Source of the DNA: Heteronotia binoei
Taxonomy: Eukaryota
Assembly: GCF_032191835.1 (NCBI RefSeq)
Contig: NC_083239.1
Span: 30,442,001-30,506,000 of the forward strand
Length of the DNA: 64,000 bases
Reading direction: 5' to 3'
Shown here: positions 23,201-35,905 of the stretch, in pieces
How the letters are laid out: each line of letters begins with the position of its first letter
How positions within the stretch are numbered: position 1 is the stretch's first letter
Notes under the pieces: model-generated
Database searches by the model: none
Seen by the model: the letters and a program-made list of their open reading frames with translations, nothing else
What the model was told of the DNA's origin: nothing
Program-made: the position numbers and the translations under genes

Positions 23201-26200
23201 TTTGAGAACAAGAAGCCCATTAAATTCAACAAACATTACTTTAGGGCCCTGAATAATTTCCATGCAGAAGCTTAGATGAAGGGCACCCATTTGACACTGT
23301 TTTCTAACAGTACTTTTTTTGCCAACAAAACACCTGCCCATTTTCCATCTAAAACCCACCAGAGCAACCACTGAATAATAATAGTTTGGACATAAGCGCC
23401 AGAATCCAGTATATCTTGAGCCAGACACCAATCACTTGGGCCTCTATGCGGAAATGCATCGGGCCTCAGGAGAAAACTCAGTTTAGAGAGATACCTAGAG
23501 GGGCTTTCTGGTAAAACAATGAGCCTAACTTCAAAACGGAGGAGAGTAAATAAAGACACCAGATCTCTGCGCCTACAAAACTGGTCAGATGCATACCGCC
23601 CTCTAGAGTCACACTCTGCATATTGCAATGATAAGAGATCTCCTATTGCCCAATTTCTTCACTAGGCTGGATCAGACAATATGGGCCCCCATTCGCTTCC
23701 CCTGCATTTGATGGGAAGTGGGGATGAGAACTTGCTCTACCACTCTGCCCAATCAGTGTGCCTGCCCTGCCCATGACTTACCAGCCATTTATACTTAACT
23801 TACATACATTAACATATGCATCAAGCTAAACTATACAAGAGCTCTTTTATTACACGGCAATGCATCCCCCTAGCCTAACCACTAAAACTTATAACTGTAC
23901 ACGCAAAACAGAAACAAACCAACCTACCTTTCGTGCATTTCTTTTGCTTCTCTTTCTTTCCTTTTGATTTCCAGTTCAGCAAAGAGCTTCATCGTCTGCT
24001 TGTAGACAGCTTGCTTGAACTGCAAGAAACACGTTTTTAATACAGGTGCTGAGGGCCCACTAGCAGCTCAGCCTCTACAAGCAAACTCCTCTCCCATGGC
24101 TCAGGGCTTCTTCCACAATGAAGTGGAAGTAGATAGAAATATCAAAGGTTGAAATATCAAAGGTACACCTTCCTACAACCAGGACACATACCAAAGCCAA
24201 TTTTAAAAGTTGATAAATTGGCAATTTCAGACATATTTGGGCTGTTTGGGTAGCCCAGACTTAGCCTGATCTCATCAGTTCTTGGAAGCTAAGCAACATC
24301 GACCCTGGGAGACCACCAAGGAAGCCTGGGGGTGTTATGCAGAGGCAGGCAACAGCAAACCACCTGTTTGTCCTTTACTCTGAAAACCCTAAGGGGTTGC
24401 TGCAAACAAGCTGTGACTTGACAGCACTTCCACCACCACATGACGAAAATTTGATCAGCAGTTTGCTGGATATAAAACTGCATTTCTTTCTTATAGAGCA
24501 AATGAAGCAGAGCTAACACTTCCAAAGGACACTGTCTTTGGAGACACAATCCCCTGTTTTAGTGTATTAGGAGAAGAAATGTTGCTTAACAAACTGCTAA
24601 ACAACACTGTTGCAAACCCCGCCCCCCAAAAAGCCAAAACACATCAGGAGTTACCAGGTAATTTGCACCTTGTCAAAATGACTCAGGAATTACCTATTTA
24701 ATAACATCACCTCTTCTCTTCCACCATTCCAGTTACTGATCCATGCCCCCCCCCCATTTTGCTTGCTCTACCAGCCCCTCCTCTTATTAGCACATCCTTC
24801 CTGTGGTCTATCTGGAAACAAGAGGCACATAACTCTAGAAGCTCAGGGGTGTCTGTCAAGAAAACCTTTTGCCAGCGACATAACATTACTAGCAATGCAG
24901 TTAGTTTCCGTTTCTTTAAAGATCAGTAATTTAACAAGTCAAACACAATAGATCTCACCTGGCAGTGGCAATATTTACACCCCAACAACAGAAAGAGGAA
25001 GATGGAAGTGTTCTCTCTCTGTAAATGGGAGCAGTGGAAGAACAGTGACGGAGCACCAGCTTTGTAAATATCACATCTCAACTCCAATTAAAGCAGGAGT
25101 TCCCAACATGGTGCCCACCAACACATTTCCTGGACCCTAATAAGTGTTTTCAGAAAGTGGGAGGAGCCAGGTGGGGCTTCTGCTCAGCGGGGCTTCTTAT
25201 TGGCCAATGGAGATCTGATTGGCTGTACAGTTTTAAATAATGCTTTTTCTGCAACAGCTGCTTCCAGTTTATTCTCTGACTCCTCTTTCTCAGTGTGTGT
25301 TTTTTAAGAACTATTCCTCTTGTCCTCTGCACTCGAGTTTCCTCTGTGTGTGCAGGTGTGTGACTGGCTCCGCCTCCAGTGGCAGCCATTTTTTGGTTGT
25401 GCCTACCACCCTTTGTAAGAATTCCAAAGGTGTCCACAAACTCAAAAGGACTTGGGACCCCTGAGCTAAAGGAAAATGATGAGGTGGTATTGAAAGGATT
25501 GCTTGCAAACAATAAAGGAACAGGGTATGTTCCAGGCCTTATATCCTGAACCCTGCAAACTAAATATTGCAAGCCAACTTACAACTTCTGGATCATCCTC
25601 TTCAACGTTGGTTGGTTTGCTTTCTTTCTTTAACTGCTTCTTTTTCTCTTTCACCTAAAAACAAAGAGATGTACACAAAGCTCACTAACTTGACAGTTTG
25701 CTCCTTAAGGTTTACACCACCTTCTTGTTCCAGAACTGTCACAGGTATCATTTTAAAGGGTCTTGTGCCATCGGTTCATTTAGCAAAACTCAATCGTTTG
25801 AAATATTCAAGGCAAGGAAAACACCCTGGACGAAGCTTGTACTTTATAAATAAAAGAAAATGAGGCCAGTAGGACCTTAAAAGCTCACACGCACACAGAG
25901 ACAAAAGGAGGGGGGGGGGGCAGGAACCACTGCGCCAAAGCACCAGGAAATTTCAGAGTGAAGAACATAAGAAGTGCCTTGATGGATCAGACCCAAGGTG
26001 CCCCCCTGACCAGCATCCTGTCTCACAGAGTGGGCAACCAGCTGCTCTGGAGGTCGAACAACAGGACACACAGGCCTTCCCCTGATGCTGCTTCCTAGCA
26101 CTCTTGAGTCAAAGGTTTATTGCCTTTCAATCTTCCATCACCATGGTCAGCAGCCACTGACAGCTCTCTCCTCCATGAATCTGTCTAATCCCCTTCTAAA

Positions 26201-29200
26201 GCTGTCAAAGAGTTACAGCTTGTGACATTTTTAAGCAAAGCTCAAATGTATACAACAAGCAACAGGACAGCAGCAGCATCTGGAGATACTACCTTTCTTC
26301 TGCTCTGTTAATTTTAAATGATACAAGGAGCTAGATCACCCTATTTTGCCAAAGCAATGGGATGTGACCTTAAAGTTTATATCTGCTCTCTCTATGACTC
26401 TCAAGTTGCAACTCACTCAGCAAGACATTATGTTTAGGATATACTGGATGCCATAGTGACTTTTTAGTGAAAAGCTGAATGAAGTGTCCAGGTGCTGGCA
26501 CTGTAACGCGCAGGACACATCCCTTAAACATATGCTTTGGGCATGTCCAGTCGTTCATTTTTTTCTGAGGAAATTATTACTCATATCTATTTTGTATTAG
26601 AATGTTCACTTGATGTCTGAGGATGCTTCTGTACTTCCAAACTAACTGCCCACCTCTTTGAGGCCAATCAAAGGTCAACAGCAATGAACCCTCCATGGTC
26701 TTACTACAGTGAAAAGACCTATACTGCAACAGTGGCAAGATAAATGCCTCCTCAGTAAACTGATTGACTAAGCACTTTACGACTTTATCGGTATTAGAAT
26801 GCATGGCATATAGATGACAACTGCACATGGATTTGTTTCTTAGAGATATTTGAAGAAGAATTGCAGATTTATACCCTACCCTTCTCTCTGAATCAGAGAC
26901 TCAAAGCAGCTTACAATCTCCTCTATCTTCTCTCCCCCACAACAGGCACCCTGTGAGGTGGGTGGGGCTGAGAGAGCTCTCCCAGCAGCTGCTCTTTCAA
27001 GGACAACTCCTGCGATAGCTATGGTTGACCTAAGGTTGACCAGCAGCTGCATGCGGAGGAGTGGGGAATCAAACCCGGTTCTCCCAGATAACAGTCCACA
27101 CACTTAACCACTACACCAAGTTGGCTCTCTTTTATGGAAAGTTATGTGTAGTTCTGCCACCACTGACATTATATTTTTGTTTCTACTAAATATGTACCCC
27201 CCCTTTTACTCAGTTGCTGGGTTTTGAGTCCCCCCCACTTCTTGTCCCCACCCGTTTCCCCCCCCCCCCCAAATAAATACATTTTGAGGAATTAAAAACA
27301 AACACTCTACTTACAATGTGCTCCACATATTCCTTCCCTGCTTGAATCACATCCAAGGCTCTCTTCTTCTGTTCCTGTTCCAGCAACAGCTTGTACGCTT
27401 TGTCAACAGCTGACAAACCAAACACTTCCATCAGCACATTCACGTAACCTGAACAATCTACATTGCTTAAGTGACTAGAGCTCAAGGTAAATTAAGACAA
27501 CCACCCAAAGCTGCATTTGCTTTTAGAGATGTTTCAGAGAGACTGCATCAATCTCTCTGACTCCGACAGCACAGCCAGACAGACATGTCAGTACAATACT
27601 GCCATCTGCAGTTTTCAGCACAGAAAAGTCACGGAAGTACCTTCAAATGCTTTCTGAGCTCTTTCAGCATCATCTTGGTTTTTGTCGGGATGCACCAATA
27701 TGGATAACTGTAAAAAAAAAAGTCTGAATCCAGTGGGACCTTTAAGACCAATTAAGTTTAAATCTGCATATAAGCTTTTGGACACACGCACACTTCACCA
27801 GCTACAGATAAAGAATTCAATGCTAAATGGATCCCTATTGCCAAAGGGGTGGGGGAAAGTAGTGTATCACATACATGGCAACAGGATGCCCCCCCCCTCA
27901 CTGTATAGTTTGTTAAAGTGACACTCAAAGCACTTCCTACTAATTTTTCTTTCTCAAAGGAAAATGCTTTCCTGGATTTTTCACCTGCTCTATAAAATTG
28001 GCTTGTTAATCAACTAGCTCCCTCCACCCTGTGGACCTGCTCAAGTGAGTCATTTCCAACAGCTGGTGTCCAATGGCACTGTGTGTTTTTCCTAGAGACC
28101 CCATCAGATCTAACTAATTTCTCAAAGGGAGGCCAAATCTTCTTTCTTTGAAAGGTTTATTCAAACCAGGTACAAAACCAAACCAGGGCTGTGTATATTC
28201 TGTGTGCATATTTGTGATTTCACTGCACAAGACCAGAATGCATTACTCAATGCAGAATTTGGCATTCTTGAATTCTCTGCAATAATTCTTTTTTTTTTTT
28301 AAGTGTCTAGGCTGAATGCTTTGAAAGCCAAGCTTTTAAAACACGCAGAATCTGGCAAGACCTCAGATGCCAAAACAGAAATGTTGGCACTCCAGAGAGC
28401 AAAACCTGGGTCCACTGCCCAACTGGATATAATGACCAGAGTTCGGGGCTGACTCCTCAGACATTATGACTACTGGATGACCGTGGGCCAGTCATTATTT
28501 CTTAAGTAAAAGGAAGACGCAAAGAGAGATTGCCATGACCCACCAGCATAAGAAAGCATGCATCTATGGTCAAGTTGAAGCACCTAGGTGTGATGTGCTT
28601 GGGGGGCTTTACTAGACAGCCAGCTGAGAGGGAGCAAAACGAAGCTTCCATTTTCTCTTGCATTCAAGACCCTTTAAATTTTGCCTCTGTAACTTAAGAA
28701 GTGGATGATGGGAAACAAACTGGAGGGTGCCATAGGTGGATTACTATTGCAAGGAACAATATTCTTGTGTGATCTTTCAAATTATTGCAGATGGAGACCC
28801 ACTTGAGACTGATGGTGGCTCACTAAGTCTTCAGCCCATTTACAAATGTGGCAAGACTCCAACTATGCAAGAATCACATCCCATTTTTTTCCACACTTAC
28901 TCTCTATAAACTCAGCCCACAAGCAAATGTGAAATGAGCACTCTGGCCAGGCACGCTGCTATTCATATGCATACTACCTATTACTCAGTAGGGCAAATAA
29001 ATCCCTGGAACCTGGCTAAAACGTGAGCTTTTGATGCTTAAGGAGTACATGGTGCTGTTGATCACGCATTCTGGAGAGACATAACCCAACTATGCTTTCG
29101 GACTAGGCTGCACTCAACTCTACAGCCAAAGTTTTTTCTCTCCACAGATTCCCTCCCCCCCTTACCCAAAACTCTCATTTCTTATTGAGCCAGAAGTAGT

Positions 29201-32200
29201 TTCCCCTCTGTCCAAAGTCAGGTCACAATAGTCTCTACCAAGGCTCTTTACGCTATTCATTTTACCTTAAAGCCACATACCTGACGGAATCTCTTCTTTA
29301 TTTCTTCATCTGTAACTTCAGGATCCAGCTGCAAAACCTAAAAGGAGATCATGGCAGTGTAAACCGTAAGCAGCTCCAGTTCCATGTGGTTCTACATCTC
29401 ATAACTTCACATGGTTCTTCTCTCAGGTAAAAAAAAAGTACACTAATAGGTATTATTTTGGCTACAAGTTACTAGCAAAACACTTATGTTCATCTTCCTA
29501 GAATTACATCTTTGGTCATTAAACAGGATTGGAAACACTATCTGCATGTTCAGATATATCTCTTTGTCTCTCAGTAATAAGGCCAAGAAATCAACAGAAG
29601 TGGCTCTACAATGGAATCCCTTAGAAAACCATCCCCATTTCAAAGATGGAAAGCTGTACTACTATACATATGGGTTACAGAGCCAGCATTTGGAGGTGTG
29701 TTCCAAAGAAGTCACAGTCTATATATGTATAAGAACTCTACTGAACAGAGCTTTCCTTCCAAATTAAGTGACAGAATACTATGCAGGAGAAAAATAATCA
29801 CAGAAAATATAACTTTCAGAAGAAAAATCAGGGTGGGCCCTCTTTTTCTGCTGTGCTCAACAGATCCTGTGATGAAAGACTGTAATATGGGTTCTGGGGC
29901 TTTTTTGCATATTCAATTACTCATCCCTAAGAAATGATGAGGATGCTTTTTCAATAATTCACGTAAAAAGGTTCACAAAGTTAATACTGCAACTAGATAC
30001 CAAAGAGACTTCGTTTCTATCTGCCTGGAGGATAGCACCTGTCAGTAAGGGACCACATATAACTTAAATTAGAATAATAATAATAAAAGTTGTGTGCCGT
30101 CATGTCACAATCAACTCATGGGAACCCCAGGAACATGGCATTTGCAAGGCAAGAGATGAACTGAGGTGATTCACCATTGCCTTCTCCTGCATAGCAATCA
30201 CAGTCTTCCTTGGTGATCTCCCATTCAACTACTGACCATAGCCGATGACCCTGCTTAGCTTCTAAACTCTGATGAGATCAGGCTAGTCAAAACTGTTAGG
30301 CTGCTACTAGCAGGATCAGCATTGTACAAATGGGCAATCCAGTGTCTGCTCCAAATGCAGTTTAAATCACTCAAGTAAACAAACAGGTGTAGTGGGACTG
30401 CAGCCTTATGACAATTCTTACCTCAAACGGATTCAGGTTGAAATAGGATGCTCCAGGCCTGGTAAGCCTCTCTATCTGGTTCTTTGATGTTAGAACCGAG
30501 TCTCGCTTTTCTATTTGCTTCACCTGCGGGGTGGGGGTTGGGGGGAAACAGAGCCTTCATTAATAATCAGAGCTACATAACATCGCTTCACAAAAAGGGA
30601 AAGTGCATATAGAGGATGTCTTCAGAATACCATAGCAGAGCCCAGGCCATGTTTATATTGTAATGGCATTAATACATGAACTAGAGCAGGGATGTCAAAC
30701 TCATTTGTTAGGAGGGCCAGATCTGACACAAATGGGACTTTGTGGGGCCAGGGCATGAGTGTCATAAAATATGCCAGGTAATGGAGATATAAACTTTATA
30801 ATGGACAGACACATCCAATTAAAGATATTTTTTAAAACTTAAAATACAAACATGCTTAAAACTCTTCCAATGGTTTTAGGTTGGAAAGGTGGGGGACTAG
30901 TGGAATTTGGCAATGTAATTTTTAAAATAAAACATCAAGAAAAAGCACAAGGTTCTGACTCTGTGGAAACAATGAAATGGCATTGTAAACTTCTCCCCAC
31001 CAGTCTACTCAGACTGGCAAAGCCTTTCCAGTATAATATCCCCCTTTAGCTGTGGGTTCCCACATTAGAGTACTCACTAGGTTAGATCCATTCAGGATAG
31101 ATAAGCTGGTTGAAAGCATCAACCCTTGTTTGCAAGGACCGAACTCCAGGAAGCATGAGTTTCACCTAGCTAAAGGAAAGCTGAAAACGTAACCATCTCC
31201 ACTCCATTTTAAACCATTGCAGAGTACAGACAAAACTGCAAGGAAAATGTGGAATGGATCTTAAAATCCACCCCACGTTTTCCTTGCAGCAGCCAGCGAA
31301 GAAAGGCAGGAAGAGCCTCAAAGGGTGCTTCAAACTGAAAGAGTCTCAGCCTGGAAGCTTCAAAGAGTCTGGGAACTGTAAGAGCCTGGGAGCTTCAAAG
31401 GGTAAGGACAGGAGGGGGGGAGAAAAGAGCCCCATGGGCCTGATCAAAGCCTCGGGTGGGCCGGATTAAGCCTGCAGGCTGGGTGTTTGACACCACTGAA
31501 CTAGAATAATTAGCCTAGCAGCACTCAATCTAATTATGTGTCTTCTGGAATTTGACATCACACAATCTGCAAATACTGATCTACATGTATATAGTATGGG
31601 GCTCGATGGATTTCACAAATGAAACATGCAAAAACCCCTGAAACTGGTATTAGACATCAAGTTCATCATCTCTGCCTTGATTATAAAAAGCAAGTTGGTA
31701 GGCCTTTACTATGAAAATACTGGTTTTGTAGTGTGTGGCCAATACCTGATGAACCTTTTGCATTTCTGTGAGAAAGGCAAGCCATAAACAAAGTACAGAA
31801 AGGTCAGAGAAAGGAATTAGCAAGATTTCCTATGATGAGGTGGTAGGGACTTCAATTCCCTGGCATGGGACTTTTGCCTCTCTATATATAACTAGTCACA
31901 GCAAAACAAGCAAGCAGGGGTGCCTTACTGGATAATAAATAGTAGAACTGAAAACAACTAGGTTGGATTGTGGTTCTCTTCAGGCCTTCAATGCATTTTA
32001 CATCTTTACTGACTTCATTGGAAATGAATATGGAAGGGTTAAGCTTCAAACACAGAAGTATGTCCTTAACTAGCCTTCTACCAAGTAGCCCAAGATGGCA
32101 CTCATGGTGCTCCTCTTCTCCAATCTACTCCCTTCCCAACAACAGCTGGCTCACTTAATAAGTATCATGGATGAAAAAGAATCATAAATCCAAGTTGCTC

Positions 32201-34351
32201 CAGAAATAGTTTAATGTAGGGGCTCTTCTACAGCTCTCTATTTGTAAAACAATGTTTGGTTGTCCACAAAGGATAGTGGCACAGACAAATGCAATCAAGG
32301 CTTTCTGTCTACATATACTTATCAGATAATAAGCCACACTAAGTACAGTGGGACTTATTTCTGAGTATAGACACATCAGATCGCACCACAAGCATGTCAA
32401 GGATTTCCACATGCTAAAGCTTCTATAAGCAACAAAGATCCATAATCCACTCTTGCCTTACTCTAGGACACTGGTGGATAAGAACTCAGCCTAAGTGGGT
32501 CACGCTAGTGTTTTGATTTTTTGGCTTTGCATTTTTACAGAATGTTACTTCTTAAGGGGAAAAACTGAGAAAGTAGCTGAGAAAATCAGTGAGGAATAGG
32601 AATGAAACTGAAAAGCTGTCCTGAATGCCCTTTAGAAAAGGCAGGATAAAAACAAGATAGGTTGAGTAAAAACTCTGTGCATGTATACGTACAGATATTT
32701 CTACTCACACAAACCATATGCCCCTTAAAGCTAACAGACTTCAGTTTACCTGAAAGAAGAAAAGGCAAAAGAGAGGGGGAAACCAAACACGCACAGCAAA
32801 ACATTCAGTAGTGAAATTCCTCAATAGCAATTGGGCTAAATAAATATTTAGCTGTATAAGATTATGTCCTCCTGTCAAGTGAATGTAACCTTTCACAAAA
32901 TCTAACACCATCAGCTTTGGCTTGGAAAAAGCCAGACTGTGTGTTTTGACCTTTAAAGGGCTCCAAGAAAATTCACATCTGCTTTTGGTGTAGTGGTTAA
33001 GTGTGTGGACTCTTATCTGGGAGAACCAGATTTGATTCCCCACTCCTCCACTTGCACCTGCTGGAATGGCCTTCGGTTAGCCATAGCTATCACAGCAGAT
33101 GTCCTTGAAAGGGCAGCTGCTGTGAGAGCCCTCTCAGCCCCACCCACCTAACAGGGTATCTGTTGTGGGGGGAGAAGATATAGAAGATTGTAAGCCGCTC
33201 TTGAGTCTCTGATTCAGAGAGATGGGTGGGGTATAAATCTGCAGTCTTCTTCTCTGTGAGGTTTTTCAAGCAGATCTAAGAACAGCTACATTCATGACCT
33301 TAATAAAGCATATCCCATACTTAAAAAGAAACTAACAATAGAGGCAACTGATGGCACTAATGTGAAGTAGATCTGCAATAGCAAAGGTGGGGGAACTATT
33401 TCACATAATATGCAGCTAACTAAATTTTACAAATTAGTTGCACATTATGTGAAGTAGAGCTTTCCTGAGTAATTTTACCAAAGTCAAGTTGGCACCTGAA
33501 AGTCTACAAAACACAGGCTTTAGTTAATCAGAGTTCATCAGATATATGCAGTGGACATCCATGGAGATTCATCTTATATTTATCTACTCCACGCATCTGA
33601 TGGAGTGAGCTATGACTCACCAAAGCTCATGCTAGAATAAGTGTTGCTGGTTTTTAAGGTACCTCTCGATACCCAGTTGCTGGTTTTTAAGGTACCTCTC
33701 GATACCCAGTTCCTTCTGGATTACGGAGCGTGTTGGAACTCAGTACCTCAAGATATGACAACAGTCGCTCAGCTTTCAAGAAGCGATCAGACAAATTCAT
33801 GGATTTATCAATGGCGAGCGGCCATGATACTACATCCAGGGACAGCATATCCGTACATACAGCGCAATCCTAAACAGATATACTCATAAGTAAATCTTAT
33901 TTTAGTCAACGGGACTTACTCCCAGGAAGTATTTTTTAGGATTGGACTATACATTTAAGAAGAGGAGATTAAAGAGCGGGAAGCTGAAGGTACAATTTCC
34001 CCTAGTCTGAAAACCCCAAGGGCTCTCATGATCCAGGCCGGTCGTCATCCCAAAACCAAATTCCACCTATTTGAGAAGCCGAATCTCTACCATAGCAAAA
34101 ATCGGGGCAAGGGCCTCAGATCCTTCCCTGGCTCAGAAGGGAGAGGCCTGGGCGGCCAGGAAGGCCTCCCCGCTCAGAGTCGGGGCTGCTGCTTCGCCAA
34201 GAAGGGCAGAAGGGGGAGATAAAGAGGGGCGAAGAGCGACGGCACAGCCGGAGTCGGGGGGCTTGCGGGTCCCGCTCAGTACCTCCGTGTAGAAGGTGAG
34301 AAACGCTTCTTCTGCAGCGCCGCCCGCTTCTCGCTCGCCCGCAGCCGCCAT
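20167..34351 (-). CDS. DNAJC8: DnaJ homolog subfamily C member 8 (SPF31), complete 9-exon CDS, 250 aa
   Basis: complement join(34283-34351,30422-30523,29281-29337,27641-27707,27315-27409,25583-25654,23928-24019,22801-22876,20167-20289) = 753 nt; all GT-AG; J-domain HPD motif; exon sizes 2-9 match those recalled for human. Confidence 0.98.
20802..21051. mobile_element. hAT MITE (CAGGGGTGGCCAAAC family)
   Basis: TIRs caggggtggccaaac / gtttggtcacccctg; same family as 34932-35843 and 37921-38223. Confidence 0.85.
21115..21330 (+). mobile_element. 5S rRNA-headed SINE
   Basis: 'ggaaattaagcagggtcggccctggttagtgtttggaggcagatcacc' matches the 5S ICR; tail 'ggggtcgccataaattggctgtgactt'. Confidence 0.8.
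21855..22215 (+). mobile_element. tRNA-derived SINE (Squam2-like) with a nested 5S-headed SINE at about 21925-22122
   Basis: 'ggcatgcagaaggtcccaggttcaatccctggcatctccag' head; body resumes 'tctgagcagacaatactga' after the nested element. Confidence 0.65.
22801..22876 (-). CDS. DNAJC8: DNAJC8 exon 8
   Basis: (R)KRQREEEIEAQEKAKREREWQKNFE, 76 nt. Confidence 0.97.
23928..24019 (-). CDS. DNAJC8: DNAJC8 exon 7
   Basis: FKQAVYKQTMKLFAELEIKRKEREAKEMHE(R), 92 nt. Confidence 0.97.
24250..24440 (+). mobile_element. 5S rRNA-headed SINE
   Basis: 'cctgatctcatcagttcttggaagctaagc'; tail 'gtgacttgacagcactt'. Confidence 0.75.
25094..25463. mobile_element. hAT MITE, 370 bp
   Basis: TIRs caggagttcccaa / ttgggacccctg; TSD AATTAAAG/AGCTAAAG. 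Confidence 0.75.
25583..25654 (-). CDS. DNAJC8: DNAJC8 exon 6
   Basis: VKEKKKQLKKESKPTNVEEDDPEV, 72 nt. Confidence 0.97.
25960..26215 (-). mobile_element. CR1 LINE 3' fragment
   Basis: 'aagaacataagaa..ggatcagacc' is the reverse complement of the CR1 (TTCTTATG) tail; similar fragments at about 7455, 8150, 18010, 39085. Confidence 0.7.
26852..27129 (-). mobile_element. tRNA-derived SINE (Squam3-type)
   Basis: Reverse complement of 'gagagcc..ggtgtagtggttaagtgtgtggac..ccgggtttgattcccc' with a (TCT)n tail. Confidence 0.88.
27315..27409 (-). CDS. DNAJC8: DNAJC8 exon 5
   Basis: (A)VDKAYKLLLEQEQKKRALDVIQAGKEYVEHI, 95 nt. Confidence 0.97.
27641..27707 (-). CDS. DNAJC8: DNAJC8 exon 4 (HPD motif)
   Basis: LSILVHPDKNQDDAERAQKAFE(A), 67 nt. 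Confidence 0.97.
29281..29337 (-). CDS. DNAJC8: DNAJC8 exon 3
   Basis: VLQLDPEVTDEEIKKRFRQ, 57 nt. Confidence 0.97.
30105..30290 (-). mobile_element. 5S rRNA-headed SINE
   Basis: 'ccctgcttagcttc..ctgatgagatcaggctag' is the reverse complement of the 5S-like head. Confidence 0.75.
30422..30523 (-). CDS. DNAJC8: DNAJC8 exon 2
   Basis: VKQIEKRDSVLTSKNQIERLTRPGASYFNLNPFE, 102 nt. Confidence 0.97.
30687..31498. mobile_element. hAT derivative, 812 bp
   Basis: TIRs cagggatgtcaaac / gtttgacaccactg; TSD AACTAGAG/AACTAGAA (7/8). Confidence 0.85.
32983..33254 (+). mobile_element. tRNA-derived SINE (Squam3-type)
   Basis: A/B boxes 'tggtgtagtgg', 'agatttgattcc'; (TCT)n tail; colinear with the 26852, 36760 and 54360 copies. 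Confidence 0.88.
33575..33725 (+). mobile_element. Penelope-like fragment with a degenerate hammerhead and a 33-bp tandem duplication
   Basis: gcat-ctgatggag-tgag..ctca-ccaaagctc-atgc at 33593-33632; 33-mer repeated at 33643 and 33676. Confidence 0.6.
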
Positions 34352-34480
34352 CTTTCGCATCACGTGACCTTTGCCCTGCCCACCACGTGATGCAATCCCC
34401 GAAGACGTAATCCAGGCAAAATCGTCTCTCTCCCCTTCCTCTTTGACACTGTTCCTATTACACTTCCGGTTCCCTATCAA
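34020..34480 (-). promoter_or_regulatory. DNAJC8: DNAJC8 CpG island/promoter
   Basis: CpG-rich; E-boxes TCACGTGAC 34360-34368 and CACGTG 34384-34389; ETS motif ACTTCCGG 34462-34469. Confidence 0.8.
34283..34351 (-). CDS. DNAJC8: DNAJC8 exon 1 (start codon)
   Basis: MAAAGEREAGGAAEEAFLTFYTE|gtactg; Kozak-like aagATGG. Confidence 0.96.
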
Positions 34481-34814
34481 CACAGGTTGCCACTCGAACT
34501 TTCAATAACTTTCATTACACAAAGCCAAACGTAGGATCCAGAGTAAAGAAAAAGGGCTTGTTAAGAGAGGATGCAGATACCCACGTTGTTCCAAAGCAAA
34601 ATCCATCACCCTCTGTCAAAATAACTTCTACTTGGTGGTGCAATGTTGGTGGCCCAAAAGGAAGCTTTCGGGTTTTAACCGGACGTTTAAAAGTTGCATG
34701 TGTTTTCGTACATTTCTAACTCTATGAGCGGTTCCAGTTTTTCAAAATGAAACAGAAGTCGGGGGCACCTTAAAGACTAGAAGAACATGCGATAGGGTGC
34801 GTGTGAGAAGTGCT

Positions 34815-35905
34815 GTATGTATTGCAACCCCATAGGGTTTCTGAAGCAAGAGATGAACAGAGGTAGTTTGCCATTCCTGTCTTCTGCATAGCAACCCTGC
34901 AATTTCTTGGTGATCTTCCCAAATACTAATCCAGGGGTGGCCAAACTTGCTTAACATTAGAGCCACACAGAATAAATGTCAGATGTTGAGAGCCTCAAGT
35001 CACAAACAGGGCCGGCCCTAGCCTGTCTGGCACCCTAGGGATGTCTAATTTTTGGCATACCCCCACACTGATAATGTCACCTAGTCACATGGGGGTGCCC
35101 AAATTGGTACCTCCAAAAGGCTGGCACCCTAGGCAATTGCCTAGTTTGCCTAGTGGCAGGACTGGGGCTGTGAACAAATATTACATACACATCTTCATTA
35201 AAACTCTTAATACTTCCATTGCCCAGAAAGATAAAATACATATTTACGTACTTTACAACACAACCCTGGGGGTCCTTTCCAACTTTATGAGTTTATGATT
35301 CTATGCCAGAATGAGACTTTTTAAAAAACAAAAGTTGGGAATAACAGTTCCCATAAGACCAGCATAGGGAAAGGTTAGGGAATTATTTTTCAGCACCAGT
35401 GGGAGAAGGAAACACACATGGATCATATAAATCCTAGATCACTATTTGCATCATTATGCATCTCTCTATGCCTTAGGGTTCCATCCATGCCATGTCCTAC
35501 AAGAGCTATTAAACTTAGCGGGAACCCTGCACCAACCTCTTTAATTCCATCCCTTCTTCCGGTGGCTCTCTCTACTCTTGTGCTCTCTTTCCCCACTGTA
35601 GGTCTCTGGGCAACCTCTGTGGTGGTGAAGAGCTCACGGGATTGCCTATTTCCCCCTCCTTCCCCACTTCACCAGTAAGTCACCTACCTATGGGTTAGCA
35701 CTCAGAGGTTTACTGAAATCCCAATGGTAAGCATGTTTACTTGAAAGTAAACCTGCATTAAGTTCCTCCTTGACCTCTGGGAGCCACACAATATGTGTGA
35801 AAGAGCCGCATGTAGCTCCCTATCCGCAGTTTGGCCACCCCTGTACTAACCAGTGATTGACCTTGTTTAGCTTCTTAGATATTAATGGGCCATCCTGGTC
35901 AGGCC
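34815..35905 (-). mobile_element. 5S rRNA-headed SINE split by the hAT at 34932-35843
   Basis: Tail at 34815-34931 and head at 35844-35905 join across the hAT TSD. Confidence 0.75.
34932..35843. mobile_element. hAT derivative, 912 bp, with a nested CAGGGCCGGC-type MITE at about 35007-35170
   Basis: TIRs caggggtggccaaac / gtttggccacccctg; TSD TACTAATC/TACTAACC. Confidence 0.85.

Noticed and set aside
23272-23628. 118-aa intronic ORF in DNAJC8 intron 7
   Set aside because: No homology recognised and no flanking splice signals that keep frame
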